In this document: piece after piece, positions 1 to 11,793 of the stretch | Position numbering within the stretch: position 1 is the stretch's first letter | How the letters are laid out: each line of letters begins with the position of its first letter | From: Psilocybe cubensis | Taxonomy: Eukaryota | DNA: 64,000 nucleotides | Direction: 5' to 3' | NCBI GenBank assembly: GCA_017499595.2 | Contig: CM038998.1 | Coordinates: forward strand, 2,356,001 to 2,420,000 | Position numbers and translations under genes: made by a program | The notes under the pieces: generated by a model | What the model saw: the letters and a program-made list of their open reading frames with translations, nothing else | Told to the model about the DNA's origin: nothing | Databases searched by the model: none

Positions 1-1730
1 ATTGGATTCTGTTGTCCGCTCTCGCGAACGTCGCCGTGATGAACTAACATCATTTCTCGGTCCCCTTGGTGCCATCTTGTCGCCGTTCCTTGAATCCTCA
101 AAACTCTCATCGCGTCCTCCCCATCTTTTATTCCTATCGTCTTTCCAATCAACCCCTTTCCCACTTTGTTTGTCCGGCCTTTTCCATGAAGAGCCGTCAC
201 CACTATCATGCCGTTGATTTAAAGAATGCATTGCATTGGCACCGGTGGGACGGCCTGTTTCATTGTTTTGAGGGCAATCTAAATAAGCATATTAGTGTGG
301 CACAAAGGTCGGAGAAAATTACACCATACCCTTTTTCAAATGAGGACCGCCGCATAAGAAGCAGCCTCCGCCTTCTAAGCCAGTTCCACCAGATTTTACA
401 GGGGCGACACCTCCAAACCCACCCGTACTAACTGAAGTGTCTTGATCCAGCAAGTGGGTATATTTAGTCCGACTTCGCTTCCCAAAGTTCTTGACTTGCA
501 TGACCTTTGGAAGTAAGGAAACGTCCACAGTCGATTCCGTGGCCTCAGTAAAATCGTGTCGCTTGAGAATTTCCTCGTCCTGAAACGGTTGCGTCAGGCT
601 TTGTGTTAAGGATGTTGTTAATGTAACATACCTGATGAAATGCGCCTTTGTGCCAATATTTTTGCAAAAACTTTTGTTGGCCTTTGGGTTTCTCTTCCCT
701 GAGCTTTTGAGCTCGTTCGAGATCCTCTTTCATTCTCTGTTCTTCCGGCATTGCTCTTCTTCGCTCAATTTCTTCGCGCTCTTTTTCCCTCTGCAATTCG
801 TCCTCTTTTTCCTTCTTTATTCTTCCTAATTCACGTAGCCTCCAGGCTTCAAATTCCGCAGCGGGGTCAAGGCCATCAGTATCATCCACGTCAGGTATCT
901 CTTCCTCTTTCTCCTCTAAGAAAAAACGTGGAGATAAATTAGCAAAGTGACACAGGAGAAATTTCAGCATGCTCACTTTCTGCGAGTTCGCGTCGTATAC
1001 TCTCTGCAACCATGTCATGGCTCTGCTTCCGACGTTCCTCTGCCTCCAATTCCTTTTTGCGTAAAGCCTCCTCCGTATCTTGTGCTATGCTCTCTTTTTC
1101 GACAATAGTCGCGCGCGCTCGCCTACCTAAATGAGCATCTGGAAGAACAGGGCATTTAGACCGACGTACTTTGGAACGAATACAGGTCTAAATTCAACTT
1201 CCTCCTCCTCTGATTCGGACTCATATTCGCTAGACTACCTTAAGTCAAACTCGGACCGCAATTGACAAAAGAGTGTCTGCAAACCTCGTCTTCGTCCACT
1301 CGTGGTTTAGTCTCTTCCTCTTCCTCTTCCTCTTCTTCTTCAGATTCTGTAGAGTATTGTAATTGATGTGATTATGCCAGAAAAACTGAGGAATATAATA
1401 CCCACCTTCCTCTTCCTCTTCAATGGTACGTCCAGACTCTTCCCGTCCAGCTACGATCACTTTCCCCTCTTTTGAGACGCTAACGTCCTTCAAAGCAATA
1501 TTCATCGCCCTTGGAGCTGCCACATCCTTTGCATTTCTTGTCTTCAAGTCACTAAATTCGTCATCGTCTATTTCCTGGTCACCTAGCGGCACGTCCCCTT
1601 CCTCAAGATGAGAGGGCACTTCCTCAGCTTCCGAGTCTGATTCAACTTGAGCGCCTTTCGGTGCTTTTCCCTTCCAGTAACGCACAGCAGGCCGCGCGAG
1701 TCTAGGTGCCTGTTTTCGACTGCTAGACAT
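1..1730 (-). CDS. MFAP1: MFAP1/Spp381-like splicing factor with C-terminal zinc knuckle; spliced, 3' end runs off the window start
   Basis: MFAP1 motifs [66 protein letters not shown]; spliced [13 protein letters not shown]; last exon stays open to position 1. Confidence 0.9.
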
Positions 1731-2166
1731 TGTGACAGGCAATGAATGAAATTAGGTTAGTGAAGGGAATGTAATGAGCAAATGAAAGTTATTGGCAAGC
1801 CATTTTGTATCTCAGCTTCTACAAATAAGAGATTCACGTTCCGTAATTGTAGATTATGTAAGAGGCTGAACATGGACGGCCAAATTCTCCCAGGATCAAC
1901 AATATCTGATATTCGAGCGTCTGGGGGTATAGCTGGTGAGAAAAAAAATTGCAACTTGCGAATGAAACTTGAGAAGCAATATAACATAGACGTAACAGGA
2001 GAGCAATGGAAAATACTACGACTAGTTCATTGAAATACCAGATGGTACCGAACCGCCGGAAGGTGAAGATGGATTAATGATATTATTATTAATGAGGCCT
2101 TGAAAGAAAGCACTTATATTGCTGAAATAAAAAATAATAAAAGCAGTATTTTGTGAACACAAATGA

Positions 2167-4896
2167 TTAAACCAGACCCAGCAAAACAGTTGCGCGGAAG
2201 CTGACTCGTTTATCGCGCAAGCTGCCATGATTTCCAGGCAAAGACTGACTCCCAACTTCCAAAAAGTCTTCTGTCCGGAGAGTGCTTGATTTCCAACCCC
2301 AACTTTGGCTGACAGAGAACAAGTCGGGGGAACTGGTAAAGCGCGTCTGAGATGTTCCAGTAGCACTAGCACAGCTGATAGAGAAGTATGCTGATACACA
2401 GGACCTTGGGTCTCGATAAGGTTGTTGAGGCGCAGGGGTCAAAGTTGTAGCCGGTGAATTGCTGAGACCCAAAGAAGACATTGCAGAGGGTGAAGAGGGA
2501 AGTGAAGAGGGAGAGGATGGCCTTGGATTAGGAACCGAGGATGGAGTCCCGCTGCGAGAAATACTAGTTGGGTGAATGGAAGGGGAGTAGTGAGTTCTGG
2601 TGGACGAGATAGTGGCAGCGGATGCTAGGGATGGTAAAGAAGGTTGACGAAGATGGGGCGAGCGCCCCAAAGTTCCTCCAAAGCCTTCGTCAACTGCAAC
2701 TTGACCCTGATGTGTGGTATAGGGGGTACTTGAGGCAGGTATGGGATCTACATTTGACTGTCGATGCAGGTATATACCGAGCTGAGCCTGTCCTTTCTTG
2801 CGTACAATTTGCACGTACACATTAAACAGATTACCAGCATGCCAGATAGTTTGCGAGTGTAGACGAGATTTCTCTTTCAGTAGATCCACATCCCAGAATT
2901 CTACTGAAAATCTATACGGCGGGTATGGGGACCAGCGAGACAGAGCTGAAGGATCCGAGTCAACACAAGCTTCAGCATGTAGAGATGGAGTGAGAATGCC
3001 GAAAAAGTTATCTTCCGAGGAAGATATTGTAATCGTATTGGCAAGGTCATGACTTTGAGTTTTCGCATGATTTGGTGAAGAGTCATGCGAATGATCAAAC
3101 AACTCTTCCATGGATATAGAATTTCCAGAAGATCCCGAAGCGTTAGCCGCCGCCGCGGTGTTTCCAATACGGAGAGATGAGTCTGATAAAACAGGGAAGT
3201 AAACTTTTGACTTCTCATTGAGATTGTTTGCATTACTGTCGGAGATGCTCGCCAAAATGTCTGCCGTGGTTAATGTCACGCCAAGTTCTTTTTCTCGAGG
3301 GGGCGGGGAAGTAGAACTTGGATTCGAGTGAGAATTAATCGTATTGGATCTACTGGTCAAAACATGACGTAGGACCGATTGATTCCATTGTGCGGCCTGC
3401 AAAGTAGAAAGGGCTACGTATGGTTGTTTAGTCGTTGGGGATATGTCTTGCGATATATAAAGAAGGTCTTCGAATGTCTGAATTTATGGCGTCAATATCA
3501 GCGCAAGCAAACGCTAAGTGAGAGGTATCCTACCATGTTGGCATAATAGATTCCACGTGTAAACATCGAAGCCCATATATTTTCCTCGAAATTGAGAATA
3601 CCGTCCTTCCTCCGGAGTTCAACCACAGATCTAGCAAAAATGTATCGTTCGCGTTCGTTTTTAATAAAAAGTGTATCCGCAGAGACTATTGCAGCTATCC
3701 ATTGAGCAGTAAGTCCTTTACGTCCCCAAAGGGGTGACATTTGCAATGGTGGAGAACTTGTAGCAATGGTTGAAGTTATATACGAAACGCTCTTTGAACG
3801 CGTCCTGCCGTCGGGGAGGAAGGATTGATAGGCATCCCCATGCGTTTCAAATTGTAACATGTCGACCGCCCAACGTACAAGCCAACATGAGCAAGCTTCA
3901 CCAATCTTGTTTGATATCGTCCCATAATGAGGGGAAGGACCCTGCACTCTCGAATCATCTAATTCACCATCAGACGACTCAGCCGAACCAGCAACTCTGT
4001 GAGACAGGCCATCAATATCTTCTTCAGGCTTTTCATTGTTCAGCGGAGAGTTGTTCTTCAGTCCCTCTGTAGAGTTGAACGATTTTTCTTCTCGATCAAC
4101 CAGCTGCGCCACATGCTCCAGACCAACAGCAGCCTGAGGTTCTCGAAGTGCTTGTTGAGAGTACAAGTCAATGGTCCTCCCGCACGCAAAGTTTAAGTAT
4201 TGAAGTATGGTTGTCGGGCCGATGGTTTTCAGAATTAGCGACAAGGCTTGAGAAGCAACAGAGGGTATAGAGAGATAGATTGCTGTCGCAAGCAGTGATT
4301 GCAGAAAGCGTGGAGTAGCTGGATGATGGCCAGCAGGTAAGTCCTCAGGGATGGGGGCGTTCGAAAAGGGTGGAGTTAATGGGTGGTTGGTGGTGGAGAT
4401 TAGATTGGGTGAAACGTGCAGGGGAGGACCTCCACCATACAAGCGCGACACGCAAACCCTAACGAGTCCAGTGAATTTGACTGCAAGTCCGAGATGTACA
4501 CAATGGCTTACTCGAACGCTAGTGATTATATGCAATGCATATTAGTTGCATGTAATAAAGGGTGGGCTGTTAATCTAACCTGGTCGTGTGATGTTGAGAT
4601 CATCGAATGTGACACTGATCTCATCGGTCCCGTTGCGCAACGGAACCAGTTGGACAGTAGATTCAGCAAAACCAGCTGTGAAAAGGGAGCGAAAAAAACC
4701 CTGGATAGTACATAAGTACGACGCCAGGCTTGGGAGGAAAGCGACGGACAGACTGTATTAGAACGACGCGATGTAACTTGTATACTGCATTCCAGGAACC
4801 TGATACACGCAGTGCGACATCGTAGGTGCTGGCCTGGAGAAAGGAAGTGTAGAGATGGGTCTGGATGTCGAAGGGCGAGGGGCCCGGGGAATACAT
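2167..4896 (-). CDS. BTB/POZ-domain protein with MATH-like C-terminal region (putative cullin-3 adaptor); spliced
   Basis: N-terminal DVALRVSGSWNAVYKLHRVVLIQS/GFF is BTB-like; C-terminal PPYRFSVEFW...LHSQTIWHAGNLFNVYVQ...FSVSQSWGWKS; ORFs 4663-4896, 3498-4535 and 2167-3402 joined by GT-AG introns. Confidence 0.7.
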
Positions 4897-5033
4897 TCGT
4901 GGGTGGAGGGCGACATAGGAGGTTTGTGGTTATTATATAGTGGCAGGCCGAGTGCCAAGCGACTTTACCGGTGGGACCCCAGAACACAATGCTGCAACCG
5001 CTAATTCCTGTTTAGTCGCCCTGAGTCGCAATA

Positions 5034-5918
5034 ATGGCTTACGCTCAACCCCATCCAAGGCTCTCCGTCGTCTCCAATTCTTCACAGTCTTCTTCCACAG
5101 ATCATCTGTCTCCGACAACGTCTACTCGCTTCTCACTGCCTTCCGCTCCCTCTCTCCATGCACCCTCCAACAAGGCTGGCCCAAACAGACCCAATATCTA
5201 CGACCGCAATCTGAACAAAACTAGAGGCGCAGAAGTCTCTTCAGCCGCCTTCGCCTTTCTGTTCTCAGAGATAATTCAGTATACCCAAAAGAGAGTTAGT
5301 GGTATAAATGATTTGGAACGTCAGTACGTCTTCCCGTGTCAACCACATTTCGCGTTGTGTCTTCATGCATGCTCCATATAGATTGAACACACTTGGGTAC
5401 AGAATTGGTTCTCGAGTCCTTGAGCTAATGATCTGGCGCGCCGAAGGCTCCTCCAAAGCACCAAAGCGCGAGATCAAGCTCTTGTCGGTGCTCGTAATGA
5501 TTCATGCACAAGTATGGAAAGCTGTGTTCGGTAAGGCTGCCGACGCGATTGAGCGAAGCGTAGAGAATCCAGATGAATGTAAGGTCAAATTACGCTACTT
5601 GAAATTCCAAAGAAAATAATAAGTATATAGATATGATCATTGACAACGACCCGCCTATTGAACGACACATATCCGTTCCCAGAGACATGAGCCAATTGAG
5701 TTGCTCATCATTCACGGCCGGTATTGTAGAAGCGGTCCTAGACGGTCTGTCCTTCGTAAGTGTCTATTTTACGATGTTTTCTGCATCAAACTAATTTTTT
5801 GCTTCAGCCTGCGAGAGTCACCGCGCATAATACACCCATTGCACAATTTCCGAATCGGACAACAATTCTGATCAAACTGGAAAAATCTGTTTTGGAACGC
5901 GAAGAACTGTTAAAATGA
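5034..5918 (+). CDS. TRS31: TRAPP complex subunit Trs31/TRAPPC5; spliced
   Basis: NIYDRNLNKTRGAEVSSAAFAFLFSEIIQY, LNTLGYRIGSRVLEL, VWKAVFGKAADAIERS, SVPRDMSQLSCSSFTAGIVEAVLD. Confidence 0.93.
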
Positions 5919-6096
5919 GGTTGTACTATATAAGAACTTTCCTGTACTACTTCACTATCTTATTGCATGACTTACATTCTATTCCCACTGCCCACTGCCT
6001 CCGAGGCAGATGCTTTCGGGGTCCATTTTGACCGATTGAATTTGATCTTATCTCTCTGGGACTCTTGCACTTAGTTACTTTGCAGCTACTTTCATC

Positions 6097-7138
6097 ATGG
6101 TTTTGCTTCACGTTCTTGATATCAATCCTCCCTTGCTAAACTCTTCTTGCGCTTGGTCGTCCAATCTGCAGCAGCTGACAGAGCTATACGAATCCCCGTA
6201 TACAGGAGCCGTAACAACACGCACAGCAACTTTACTTGGATTCAAGGAGGATAATAATCACACTGTGAGTTTCAGTGACATTATCTCGATTCACTGGATT
6301 CAACTTTCTCCGCATATCACTAGGTAGCTTTTCATGTGGAGGCGCTGACAACAATCAATTCCTATGGCTACTCTCCCCATCCCCTGACAGAGTATATCGA
6401 ATGGGTGAAGGACATCCTTATCTCACACCCATTATCTACAAAACCTATTATTATCAGCATAACAGCCTCAGATCCACAGACGTTGGCAGAAATGGTGAAT
6501 TCCATTCAAACTCTTCGAGAAGTACTACAAGACGGAAAAATTGGGAATGCACGAATTGGAATAGAACTTACACATCGTGTCCAAATATCCCCAATTCCCC
6601 ACCCTCGGGCTACAGTTTCAGGTCGCTATTACCATTACTTGAAGTTTTGACTGCGGCGTACGCCAAAGACAACACCCTGACTATTGGCCTCAAATTACCA
6701 CCATACGTTCACAAAGACCAATTTGCAGAAGTTTTTGCGGTCTTGCAGTCTCTGCAAAATTCAGCAAGATACAATGGATCCGCTATCTCATTTTTAACGT
6801 GCACCAATACGCTAGGAAACTCCCTTCTCTTTTCCGAGCAGTCAATCTCCACAATTGAATCAAAAAACGAGTTTGCAGTGCCCACAGGCCTAGGAGGGTT
6901 GGCAGGTGAATCGCTCCATCCTTTGGCCTTGGGAAATGTTTATGCGTTCAAAAAATTGATATCCTCTCAATCCGGCGCACACGCCGCACTAGGGAATATT
7001 AAAATTATCGGCGTAGGCGGGGTAACTTCCAAAGCTGCAGTCGAAAGGATGACAAAGGCTGGAGCAGATTTTGTTGGCTGTGCGACGCTGTTTGGGAAAG
7101 AAGGCGTTCACGCATTCGAGATCTTGGGGAAACGGTAA
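6097..7138 (+). CDS. Class-1 dihydroorotate dehydrogenase-like FMN oxidoreductase (possibly dihydrouracil oxidase); one intron (6265-6323) and an apparent 1-nt frameshift at ~6570
   Basis: PPLLNSSCAW, GAVTTRT, INSYGYSP, KPIIISI, IEL/TSCPNI, GLKLPPY, CTNTLGNSL, GGLAGESLHPLALGNV, IIGVGGV. Confidence 0.85.
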
Positions 7139-7254
7139 TATATAAAAAATACAAGATGGGGTCTCAAAGGTTAACGCATAACTCTCTAAAATGAACGAAA
7201 TAAAAGGACAAATGTGCGGAAGGGCAAAATCATCTACGCGTTCAATCAATGCAA

Positions 7255-8576
7255 TCATAATCCTGAATCGCCATAAAAGTCATGTCCTGAAGCGTAACGG
7301 GAAGGCGCTAATGATGGAGGCAAGGAGGGTGATAGGAACGTGTATGAATGTTCAGCGCCATTGATGAAGAAGTCGGCATTTTGTTGAGGAATCCTCATCA
7401 GCCGGTCACCCGAACCCTGTAAAAACTGGTAGCTCGATGATTGTGCATGATTCATCTGCCCACGGCTGACTCCTGGAGAATGGGGGTAAGGTTCAATGCG
7501 GGACTGTATGTTGCTGGTGGTATGCGAATGTTGAGGGTAGAACGTGGCAGGACGCAGGAGAAATGGGTTCCGGCTCCTATTGTCTGAGTACATAGGGTTG
7601 GGAGACACTGGAGACTCGGGTGGAGAAGGATAATATTGATGCCGATGGCCTTGGTCGTTTGCAAATGAGCAGTATGGCTGCTGGTATTTGGTCAACAAAA
7701 GAGTAAAATATACTGGGTCAAAGGCAACTCACAGGCACCGAGACATTGGTGGATTGGACCCTTTCATCCCGTGCATTCGGCGGACGCAAAGGATTTAAAA
7801 ACACTGGCGCGCGCGATTCTTCTGGGGGATAGCTCGCGTATGATAATCCGGGTGTTTCAGAGCCATCCTGGTTGTGCTCTTCGCCGTTCTCTAATTCGAG
7901 TTGCTTGAGAGCAGCAACCAGTTCGTCGCCCTCTTTTCCTGCGAGAATGAGCTCTGCTACATTTTTGCAGCGCTCAATGTCTTTCTCGCTGTTCCGTTTG
8001 CCCTTCCTCTTGAGCGGCTTTTTGGTTCGTGGAACAGGCGAAAATTTATAGCCAGGATGCTTTTTGGCGTGTTCAATTTTCTCTAGCTCTGCCCTTTGAT
8101 GCCAAACAAGTTTCTCCTCCTTTGATAGATTCTGCCAGCAATGGCCTATGATGCGACTGATGTGTCGATTGTCGTGTTCGACGGAGCGACTGATCCTGTC
8201 ACTTGCTAGAAAATCTGATCGATAGAGCATGAAAGCATTCCTCGGTCTAGCGATACGTCCCGGAGTAGACGCATGTTCATCTCCAGAATTGTCGCCAACG
8301 GTCAAAGCTGGGGAAAGAGGCTCAAAGGTAGGGCGGGCAGTGTCCTTTGACAAAGCATTGACAAGACTTGAAGGAGTCGCTTTGAAAAAATCAAAGTCCT
8401 CATCCTTTGGCGCTCTTTGGTTGGTGAAAGAGGCGCCGTTATGGACAACGTTATGCTCAAATGCAACGAAAGGCAGGCTCAAGTTATCTTGTCAATTTGT
8501 TAGTTACAAAGCCAAGCAATGATTATTACAAGAACTCACCATCAGCCGAATCTTTGCGACGTAAAGTGTAGTCCAT
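7255..8576 (-). CDS. HMG-box transcription factor (MATA_HMG/ROX1-like); spliced
   Basis: RIARPRNAFMLYRS...ISRIIGHCWQNLSKEEKLVWHQRAELEKIEHAKKHPGYKFSP; short first exon MDYTLRRKDSAD at 8576-8540 splices in frame to ORF 7718-8482. Confidence 0.88.
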
Positions 8577-8861
8577 GGTAAAAAGAGAAACTGGGGCGTC
8601 TGTTGAAGAAAGAAAGAGGTCATGGCTAATAAATAGCACTCAATGAAAGGTTTCGAAAACCTTTCTTTCATTAAGAAGTTTATTTTAAAAAAAACATTGG
8701 AACCGATCAATCAGCGGGGTCCCCGACCGTGGTTGAGGCAAAGATATCTTAGGGAGAAACATAGAGCGAATAGAAATGCAAAAGGACCTTGGCGCGAAAC
8801 TTTGTGTTGTTTGTGTCTGCTCGTAGAGTCGTCCAACCTATTGATAGTCAGTCATTAGGTT

Positions 8862-9981
8862 ATGATTCGGGAAAGTAATGCAGCTTATTCTGGAAACATG
8901 CCCACACTTCTCAACCATGCATCAGGCAGCGCCAATCCAGCCACTTCGCAGTCCGCGCTCTGGGCATACCTTCAGCCTGCGCTAGATCATATTGTTAAAT
9001 CTCCTTCAAACGATCCGAACGGTAAAGCGCCAGCCATAGATTTCGGACTTTACGCTGGGATACATTCGGCCTGCTACAACTAGTGAACAGACAGTTTCGC
9101 GTTTTCGTTGCCCAAGGAATCACACTGACACCATCTCTCTCTTTTTTTTTATCTGCAGTTTTACTGCACAGAGTGAAGCAAATGCTGCCAACCCATCTGA
9201 CGACGACGATAGTCAACCTGCCAGTGGGACGGACATCTACGTTCAACTGGACAAGTATTTTGAAGAAGCTGCACGCGAATTATCTCTCGGCGCTCCTCTG
9301 GACGATATCACCCTGATCCAATACATAGTGCCCGCCTTCAACCGCTACCACGCAGGGGCGCAGTCCGCGAACCGACTGCTGAGTTACGTCAATCGGCACT
9401 ACGTCAAGCGCGCGGTGGACGAGGACCGCGGATGGCTCCGCCTCTCTGACGTGCTCGAGTCCGTCGCGAAAACGCTCACGAACGACGATTCGCGCGAGAT
9501 CATCACACGCAAGCTGCGGGAGCGGCGGGCGGACGAGCTGCGCAAGTGGGGGTACCGTGATGGGGATTCGAGTGAGCGGGTCGCATTTGCGGAGGCGTGT
9601 GCAGAGGCCGCGAGTCCGCTTGACCGTGTCGTTCCTGTTGCTTCGCTCGCCCTGCGCCGTTTCAGAACGGAGTTTATGGAGCCTTTGCTTGCGACTCCGA
9701 AAAATAAAGGAAAGTCGAAAGCCAAGAATAAAGTATCAAAACCTTCAGGGCCAAATCCTACCCGTCCGAAAGGACGCTTGGCTCGCGCGGTAAAGGAGCT
9801 GCTCGAGACGGACGCTGTAGATGAAGAGGAGAGATATCATCTAGCGTCAAGTCTTGCGAGGGCTCTTCAGATTATTGGTGTGAAAGAAGAAAATCTGCTA
9901 CGCAAAAAACTAGACAAATACGTCTTTTCTGTATCTTCGACACTCGTCCTTCCTCCTTCATTAAAGTCATTAAAAATTTAA
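8862..9981 (+). CDS. Short protein containing only an N-terminal cullin repeat; spliced
   Basis: LWAYLQPALDHI...YAGIHSACYNY, GTDIYVQLDKYF, FNRYHAGAQSANRLLSYVNRHYVKR, LALRRFRTEF; no C-terminal cullin-homology or Nedd8 domain before the stop. Confidence 0.7.
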
Positions 9982-10136
9982 GCTGGAATGCTTATTGTCT
10001 GATACACTGCAGTTCAAACTGTATACTACAAATTGAATTTCACCCTCTTGTACAAATGATCGCTGAGGAGGCAAAAACTATATCAGCAGGGCCCAAGGTT
10101 TGGAGGTGCCAAGATTAGACAAGTCAAGAAAAGACA

Positions 10137-11585
10137 CTATGTATAGCTTTGCGTCTGGGTAGGGTCACCGTCCTGCCTCTCAGTTGCTGGACCCATGTTC
10201 AAGAAAGAATCCATGTCCATCGAAAAGTTCATATCGCCATCCTGACCTTGCCCGTAAAATTGGGACGTAAGGTTGGACAGGTCAAGCGTATTCATAGCGT
10301 TCATATCAAACGTTTCCGCTCCGGCTTGCAGCGAAGGGGATGTGCCCTGTCCCGCCGAAAACTGAGCCAAGAGATCTGCAGGCAAAGGCAGGTCGTTGGA
10401 GTGCGCCTGAGGCATCGACCCGTCGGTGTCCATGTCGCCAGTGTTTGAAGAAAAGTCGCCAAAGAGCTCCTGATCGACTTTGGAGTCCATGTCGTACGCG
10501 GGGATGGTTGTATCTCCCTTTGAATTATCAGCGCCGTCACCTTCGTTATGGCCCTCCAAAGGCGAGAAAAGCCCGTCTCCTTCGTTTTCTTCGACTGTTT
10601 CGTTCATGCCCACCGTGTTGAAATCGGGCATTTCCATGTCCATGGAATCAAGGTCGAGTTCGATAGGTTTGTCTGAAGAATCTCCAAGGCCCACGGTGAG
10701 AGAAGAGAGCTGAGGCTTGGGCTGGATATTATCTGGCATGGTCAAATCTATGGTATCATGCGGAACGTTGAGGGAGCTAGTGCCTTCGTTGAACGCGGCC
10801 ATCAACTCTGGGGGGAACTCGTTGGGCCCCATGGCGCGTGCCGATTTGGGCGCCAACGTGACGGGCGACGCGAGGCCTTTCTGGAACATGGCCGCCTCCT
10901 CCTCGGATATTCGCATCGAGGTGGACGAAAGATCGAGTTTGAGGGGGAACGGGCGCTGGAGGGAGGAAATGGATATGGCGGAGGGTCTCCGTCCAGGTAG
11001 TGTGCTGACGGGCGAGTTTCTAGGGTTTGTGCCGGTTTCTTCTGTTGTTGCCTGGGTTGAAGATGTCTCTTCCATTTGCTCTGATGGTTGGGTGGGGAGT
11101 GGAGGGGGGAGCATCAAAGCTTCTGTCTGCTTGCGACGCTTTTCAGCTTCAATGCGCTCTTCTTCGCGCCGCAAATCGCGTTCCAAAATGTTGATTGCAC
11201 GCTTCTACGAGGATGGTTGAATATAAGTGTTTGAGGAGAAATCATGGAATTTACAATTCGAGCCTCGATAGAATCGCAGAGTTGATCATATCGTTCAACG
11301 CTGCGACCTAGGGCAGCGGTCATGGAACGAGGAGGACTCTGCGCGTTTGCATTGCCACCTCTGCATCATTTAGCGATATCTGTTGTCCAAGCGTTTCCGC
11401 AGCTTACAGTTTTCGCGTGTTGGCGTAAAAGCCGTACACTTGGGCAGTGTTGACGACGGTGTCCTGAGGAAATGTCAAACTCTGGTGCAGTGAGCAGAAT
11501 GACTGTATACTTTGAGACAATGGGCAAGTGCGTTTACTTCTGGTTCCAAGATTTTAGGCTGCTCGGGTGGAGGTTGGGAAGGCAT
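10137..11585 (-). CDS. Hypothetical protein with N-terminal coiled coil and long acidic/Met-Asp-rich tail (possibly Mediator tail subunit-like)
   Basis: 349-aa ORF plus upstream exons (MPSQPPPEQPKILEPE..., LGRSVERYDQLCDSIEARI) with GT-AG introns. Confidence 0.6.
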
Positions 11586-11793
11586 TGCAAGAGGTAAGAG
11601 CTGTGCACGGGCCGTGCTGTTATCTTTCAAAGTTCTTGTTGATGAATGGCTTGGTAGACGCTATACGTTTTGGGTATGGCTTGGAAAGGTTAAAAGGCAG
11701 TTGGATGAATAGTTTTAAATTGGGTATTCGACATGTGGTATAGTACTGCTATCCGTTATAATGCTACAGAATAAAGGGTATCCCTGGAAAATA

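Noticed and set aside
7718..8576. HMG gene as a mating-type locus
   Set aside because: Agaricomycete MAT loci use homeodomain and pheromone/receptor genes; none, nor the usual flanking markers, are seen here
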